A stretch of DNA of 64,000 bases from Alphaproteobacteria bacterium UBA6411 (lineage in GTDB: Bacteria; Pseudomonadota; Alphaproteobacteria; CAAGCB01; CAG-977): positions 8,544 to 72,543 of the forward strand of contig DJPN01000006.1 in the NCBI GenBank assembly GCA_002438565.1, in the 5' to 3' direction. Position 1 is the first letter of the stretch, and the number at the start of each line of letters is the position of its first letter. The translations under genes were made by a program, and so were the position numbers. Shown here in pieces: positions 59,770 through 64,000 of the stretch. A model generated the notes under the pieces. It saw only the letters and a list, made by a program, of their open reading frames with translations. It was not told the origin of the DNA and made no database searches.

Positions 59770-61249
59770 CGCCCTCCTCCCTTTGTCCCGTGTGAAGCAA
59801 ATCTTCCGAAATGCCGTACATTTCGGCAATTTTCCGCACTGTTTTCGGAACATCGAAAACACTTGCCGCGTCCGGCTGCAGTCTTAAAAAGCCTTCCGCC
59901 AGCTCCAATGTTTGAAGCATCGCCTGCGCTTCGACCTGCCTTTGCGCCAAAGACAGCGGCGACAAATACGACACCGCCGGCATTTTCCCGTGCAAAGAGT
60001 CGGGCAAAGGCGGCAGTTTCCCGTGCCGTATCAGCAGTCCGAACACACGCTCCATCATCGGCCCCAGCAGCTCCGTTTGAATACGCCCGAACACGGGACC
60101 CAACAACCGCATTTTTTCCTCGTTTCTGTGCAAAACTTCGGTTGCGGTCATCGCGGCGTCTTTGGTCGTCATCAAAACGTCGTTGTAAAAAGCGGTGCGA
60201 AGTCTGGCTCGGATTTCGTTCATCATATCCAGCCCTATGCTTGAATTCGCTCCCGACGAAAACGGCTTCGGCGGCTCTCCGTTATAGCGGATGACTCCGC
60301 CCGGAACAGTCGCCAGCGGAGAAAACTGATCATCGTCGCGCACCAGCACGGGCGGACGGTTTGCCAGCTGAGCCGCTATCAGCGTTTCCCTCATCATCTC
60401 CTGCAGCATTTTTATGTCGGGCAAAGCCGAAAAAGCCGGCGACCGGCCGTACACTTCGCCGCTGGCTTTGCTCCAGCGCACAACGAACAAAGGCATTTCG
60501 TCAAACCCGCCGGAAAACAAGACCGTTTGGCTGTCTTTCAGCACATACGCCGATAAAACGGGCTTTTGAAAAACAGCTCCCTTTTCATACAGCGGATTAG
60601 GCAAAACAGCGTGAATGATTTCACATTCTTCTTCCTTCCCTTGCGAAAACAAAGTTTTCAACCGCTCGGGCAAAACATCCGTTCCCCATGTTTTAACGAT
60701 TTTCGACACGGGCAAACGAAATACGCGGTAAACCTCGTCCACCTGCCCCGCCGCGTTTTCGGAAATGAACAGTTCGCCCAAAAAACGGGACTGAAACAAC
60801 AAACAATCCTTGTCTTCGTTCCATCCGACATACAGTCCTGCCGTCCCCAGCACCGCCAAATCCAAATAAACTTCGTGGATATTGGTCGCAAAAGCCGCCG
60901 CCGGCTTTGCGATTTCATCGGCAATGATCCGTTCCGCCTGTTCCAACCATCGGCGGACAGGCTTGCTGTCGGACATGCCCGCTGTTTGCAAAGCAAACCA
61001 CTTTCCCGCGGGATTTGTCATCAATCCGTGCAGCCCCGCCGCCAGCAGTTCCGCCGCGTTGACGGCCGTGGTCTCGAACAGCTTGCGCGTTCGGGGCGTT
61101 CCAGCCGTCTGAGCAACCGTAAAATCGGCTTTTCGCGGCAGGACAAGCTCGGAAATTTCCTGCCACGATTTTTCAAAATTCAGACGATTGCTTTTCAAAG
61201 CGGCAACCTTGTCAGCCACCTGCTTTGCCAAAGAAACAATCTCTCTCAT
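59762..61249 (-). CDS. T7 gp8-like portal (head-to-tail connector) protein. Start taken at the ATG at 61249; the track ORF extends to 61357.
   Basis: About 495-531 aa. ..TPRTRKLFETTAVNAAELLAAGLHGLMTNPAGKWFALQ.. parallels T7 gp8 (..TPWQAVGARGLNNLASKLMLALFPMQTWMRL..). Size matches the T7 portal. Confidence 0.65.
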   Translation of the reverse strand: MREIVSLAKQVADKVAALKSNRLNFEKSWQEISELVLPRKADFTVAQTAGTPRTRKLFETTAVNAAELLAAGLHGLMTNPAGKWFALQTAGMSDSKPVRRWLEQAERIIADEIAKPAAAFATNIHEVYLDLAVLGTAGLYVGWNEDKDCLLFQSRFLGELFISENAAGQVDEVYRVFRLPVSKIVKTWGTDVLPERLKTLFSQGKEEECEIIHAVLPNPLYEKGAVFQKPVLSAYVLKDSQTVLFSGGFDEMPLFVVRWSKASGEVYGRSPAFSALPDIKMLQEMMRETLIAAQLANRPPVLVRDDDQFSPLATVPGGVIRYNGEPPKPFSSGANSSIGLDMMNEIRARLRTAFYNDVLMTTKDAAMTATEVLHRNEEKMRLLGPVFGRIQTELLGPMMERVFGLLIRHGKLPPLPDSLHGKMPAVSYLSPLSLAQRQVEAQAMLQTLELAEGFLRLQPDAASVFDVPKTVRKIAEMYGISEDLLHTGQREEGDV

Positions 61250-61250
61250 C

Positions 61251-61574
61251 TTACAGCCCCAACAAGCTTTTGCGTCCGCCCAATCCGACAGAACTGTTTC
61301 CGCCCAGCAATCCCGCAAAAACCACTTTGGATTTTTTGCCGCGGCGGCGTTTTTCATCCAACTGATTTAAAAAGTCATTTTCTTCCGCGGCGGCGGCCTG
61401 TTCAACGGCTTGTTCCGCCGCCTGCTGTTTTCCCTGTTCAATTTGATTGTTTTCCCGCTTGGCGTCTTTGTAGCCGTGAACCGCCGCCGAAGCAAAGCCC
61501 GTAGTCATTCCCAAAATCAAAGCGGGATTGAGCATACGTTTGAAAATTTTGCTTGTAATTTTTTTCAGCTTCAT
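61251..61574 (-). CDS. Small hypothetical protein with an N-terminal hydrophobic segment and a Gly-rich C-terminus
   Basis: 107 aa. Its stop is 1 nt before the portal ATG. Confidence 0.4.
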   Translation of the reverse strand: MKLKKITSKIFKRMLNPALILGMTTGFASAAVHGYKDAKRENNQIEQGKQQAAEQAVEQAAAAEENDFLNQLDEKRRRGKKSKVVFAGLLGGNSSVGLGGRKSLLGL

Positions 61575-61695
61575 TTTTTTCTCCTTGAGTATAAAAAAAG
61601 ACGCCTGTAAAAACAGGCGCCTTCATACGCATCTAACGCATTGTATTAACAATATGTCATAATTTTTTCTAATTGTCAATACATTTTGTTATATT

Positions 61696-62712
61696 TTATT
61701 TGCTCATTCCCGCTTTGGCTTTCAAAACCGCAGGATTGACAACGGTTTTCTTGCCGCGATTTTCTTTCTTTTCCGCGATTTTTTCGGCAGCGGCGGCTTG
61801 GCGGTTTTCAATCGTCGGCAAAGGCAGCGCTTCCGGCACAATCCGTTTCGGCATATATGTAAAGTGCGGACGCATCACCAAATCCAGCTTGTTTTTCATT
61901 TCCTCGTTCTGGTCTTTGGAATAATCCAGCTTGTACGGCCGATAGCAGTTGGCATAAATATTGTTGAAGCGTTCAAACGAAACCGTTTTGGCATCATCCG
62001 TGCTGAAAAATTCTTGCGTTTCCTTTTCGGACAAATACGGCTTGCCGTTGCAGGTGCAGACTTTCTGCACCACGTCGTTCACGGGTACTTCCCGCATAAA
62101 AGCTTGATTTTCTTCTTCGCGCGTACAGTTGCGTTTGCGCTGACGCACCATTTGAATATACAGGCAGTCATAGCTGTCGCGGGTGCAGTAATCGGTGAAC
62201 CATCCTTTGAACGCGGCCTTGTACGCTTCGCCGTTTTCCAGTCCGCCGTTGACCGCGGCGTTTTGGAACGGATTGACGAAATGCGGATCTTTTTCGCGCA
62301 GGCTTTCCAGCGGTTTGTCGTTGCCCTGCAAAGCCAGCTCGTAACACGCGGCGCAAGACGTCGCGGACGCGTCGGCTTCAATGGCGGCTTGGTTTTGGAT
62401 GTAAGTTTTCGGCGTATCCAGCAAAGCATCCAGCAAAATGCCTTTTTGGAACTGTTGGGCGTGCCTCAATTCATGCGCCGCCGTTCCGATTAAACGGTCA
62501 TGGGAACTGGTCGGATTCAAACGCAAATGGTTTTTCACTTCGTCATACGAACCGTAAGCGCGCATCGCCCCGTCGAAAGCAACCGTTGTTTTGTGTTCAA
62601 CGGCATCCTCAATCAGCTGCTTGCCGATTTTGCTTTTCGCCAGTTCGTCCATCACGGCTTTGATGCGAGATTCTTCTTCTTCGTTTTCGGCTTTGATAAT
62701 AGGATATTCCAT
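61696..62712 (-). CDS. Putative zincin-like metallopeptidase-motif protein (HExxHxxQQ, DUF4157-like) with a Cys-rich C-terminal region
   Basis: 338 aa. ..LIGTAAHELRHAQQFQKG.. The C-terminal ~230 aa contain about 11 Cys (CAACYE, YCTRDSYDCLY, KVCTCNGKPY, ANCYRPY). Confidence 0.55.
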   Translation of the reverse strand: MEYPIIKAENEEEESRIKAVMDELAKSKIGKQLIEDAVEHKTTVAFDGAMRAYGSYDEVKNHLRLNPTSSHDRLIGTAAHELRHAQQFQKGILLDALLDTPKTYIQNQAAIEADASATSCAACYELALQGNDKPLESLREKDPHFVNPFQNAAVNGGLENGEAYKAAFKGWFTDYCTRDSYDCLYIQMVRQRKRNCTREEENQAFMREVPVNDVVQKVCTCNGKPYLSEKETQEFFSTDDAKTVSFERFNNIYANCYRPYKLDYSKDQNEEMKNKLDLVMRPHFTYMPKRIVPEALPLPTIENRQAAAAEKIAEKKENRGKKTVVNPAVLKAKAGMSK

Positions 62713-62844
62713 TTTCCTGCCCTTTTGTCGAAAATTTTGTTTATTTCTGATAGCGATTGTACAATTTCACAAAAACGATGTCCAGCAAAATAACGCTAAA
62801 ATCCTTGACTTTTTTCCGATAAACGCTTTAATCGCCTTAACACT

Positions 62845-63954
62845 ATGGAAAAGGAGTTGCTTATGCTGAAATTTGAGGTTGAAAAAACCGTCGGACGGTC
62901 GCGTCTGGGCAAGCTCTACACCGCGCACGGCGTTGTGGAAACCCCCGCGTTCATGCCGGTCGGCACGGTCGGCACGGTCAAAGCGATGATGCCCGAATCG
63001 GTCGCCGAAACGGGGGCGCAAATTCTGTTGGGCAACACCTATCATTTGATGCTGCGTCCCGGCGCGGACAGAGTCCAACGCTTGGGCGGCCTGCACAAAT
63101 TTATGAACTGGAACAAACCGATTCTGACCGATTCGGGCGGTTTCCAAGTCATGTCGCTGTCCAAACTGCGCAAAATCACCGAAGACGGCGTCGACTTCCG
63201 CTCCCATCTGGACGGCAGCCTGCACCGCCTTTCACCCGAAATTTCCATCGGCATTCAGTACAAGCTCGACAGCAACATCACGATGTGCTTCGACGAATGT
63301 CCGCCCTATCCCGCGGATAAAAAGTATGTCGCTGATTCGACCCGCCGCTCGATGCGCTGGGCAAAACGGTCGCGCGATGCGTTTGTCGACCGCGACGGCT
63401 ACGGAATTTTCGGCATCGTTCAAGGCGGCGTACACGAAGATTTGCGCCTTGAATCCTGCGAATCGCTGACAAACATCGGCTTTGACGGCTACGCTTTGGG
63501 CGGTTTGGCGGTCGGCGAAGGACAGGAATTGATGTTCGACACGATTTCGTTCACCACACCTCACCTGCCCGATGACAAACCCCGCTATTTGATGGGGGTC
63601 GGCCGGCCGTCGGATATCGTTGGCGCGGTCTTGCGCGGCGTCGACATGTTTGACTGCGTCATGCCCAGCCGTTCGGGCAGAACGGCGCAAGCGTTCACAC
63701 GCAACGGCGTTTTAAACATGCGCAACGCGTGTCACATCGACGATGAAAGGCCGATTGATTCGCAATGCCTCTGCCCCGCGTGCCGCAATTACAGCCGCGC
63801 GTACATCCACCACTTGTTCCGCGCCCATGAAATCCTCGGCGCAATGCTGCTGACGTGGCACAATCTGACATATTATCAAGACTTGATGAAGGGCATCCGC
63901 CAAGCGATTCGCGAAGACCGTCTGGAAGAATTCGCAAAAGGCGACTTTTCATGA
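62845..63954 (+). CDS. tgt: Queuine tRNA-ribosyltransferase
   Basis: 369 aa. ..TPAFMPVGT.., DSGGFQ, and a CxCxxC..H zinc site near the C-terminus. Confidence 0.95.
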   Translation: MEKELLMLKFEVEKTVGRSRLGKLYTAHGVVETPAFMPVGTVGTVKAMMPESVAETGAQILLGNTYHLMLRPGADRVQRLGGLHKFMNWNKPILTDSGGFQVMSLSKLRKITEDGVDFRSHLDGSLHRLSPEISIGIQYKLDSNITMCFDECPPYPADKKYVADSTRRSMRWAKRSRDAFVDRDGYGIFGIVQGGVHEDLRLESCESLTNIGFDGYALGGLAVGEGQELMFDTISFTTPHLPDDKPRYLMGVGRPSDIVGAVLRGVDMFDCVMPSRSGRTAQAFTRNGVLNMRNACHIDDERPIDSQCLCPACRNYSRAYIHHLFRAHEILGAMLLTWHNLTYYQDLMKGIRQAIREDRLEEFAKGDFS

Positions 63955-64000
63955 CAAAACCGCCGATAACCGAACACCGCCGCCGAAACGGACCGGCTCT

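Larger units (their letters stand above)
51952..62712. mobile_element. Prophage remnant with a T7-like (podovirus) structural module and a P22-like lysis cassette. No integrase, terminase or replication genes in the window.
   Basis: Minus-strand block: HExxH protein, small ORF, portal, small ORF, acidic scaffold, capsid, tail tubular A, tail tubular B, gp13-sized ORF, holin, GH24 endolysin, TM proteins, i-/o-spanins, an AT-rich moron, and a LysM/MuF protein. Flanked by the host genes POT transporter and tgt. Confidence 0.6.

Noticed and set aside
1-64000. CRISPR arrays, integrases/transposases, rRNA genes
   Set aside because: Scanned for regularly spaced short repeats and for recombinase-like ORFs. 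None found. The only sizeable repeat is the 115-bp direct repeat pair at 53020/53595.

Overview
This 64-kb window is chromosomal DNA that looks like an alphaproteobacterium. The evidence is the gene order rpsB-tsf-pyrH-frr-uppS-cdsA-dxr-rseP-bamA-skp-lpxD-fabZ-lpxA-lpxI-lpxB, the presence of LpxI, a class II DAHP synthase, and a short-type ProS.

Most of the window is dense, minus-strand-biased housekeeping:
- a partial glycosyltransferase, then thrS and infC (ATT start), then cysS, gltX and nadE in one operon;
- ribokinase, a class II DAHP synthase, and glmU-glmS;
- the lipid A / outer-membrane biogenesis cluster lpxB-lpxI-lpxA-fabZ-lpxD-skp-bamA-rseP-dxr-cdsA-uppS-frr-pyrH-tsf-rpsB;
- dnaE, lolD, lolCE, proS, lon, clpX, clpP and tig;
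- tRNA-Leu and a second tRNA (probably Thr), a POT-family peptide transporter, and tgt at the right edge.

Two islands that look AT-richer by eye interrupt this backbone.

The first (18351-21132) is a compact four-gene Type II restriction-modification operon wedged between gph and apbC. It runs, in order, a cysteine-rich HNH-like putative endonuclease, a small HTH controller protein, an amino-methyltransferase, and a Dam-like (D12 class) N6-adenine methyltransferase.

The second (about 51952-62712, between the POT transporter and tgt) is a prophage remnant with a T7-like (podovirus) structural module: portal, scaffold, major capsid, tail tubular proteins A and B, and a gp13-sized protein. This is followed directly by a P22-like lysis cassette (holin, GH24 endolysin, two small membrane proteins, and overlapping i-spanin/o-spanin genes). 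No terminase, integrase, replication genes or tail fibre are present in the window.

The distal end of the remnant is the most unusual part. A 381-aa protein with an unknown N-terminal domain, a LysM domain and a Mu gpF-like C-terminal motif has its ribosome-binding site plus first ~25 codons duplicated as a 115-bp direct repeat. The two copies flank a very AT-rich cassette that encodes a highly hydrophobic polytopic membrane protein. This looks like a prophage moron: a candidate immunity or superinfection-exclusion protein, or a toxin/immunity pair.

At the proximal end, next to the portal gene, is a 338-aa protein with an HExxHxxQQ motif (DUF4157-like zincin) and a cysteine-rich C-terminal region.

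No CRISPR array, IS element or integrase was seen. High-GC housekeeping genes carry many long antisense ORFs; these were rejected as artefacts.
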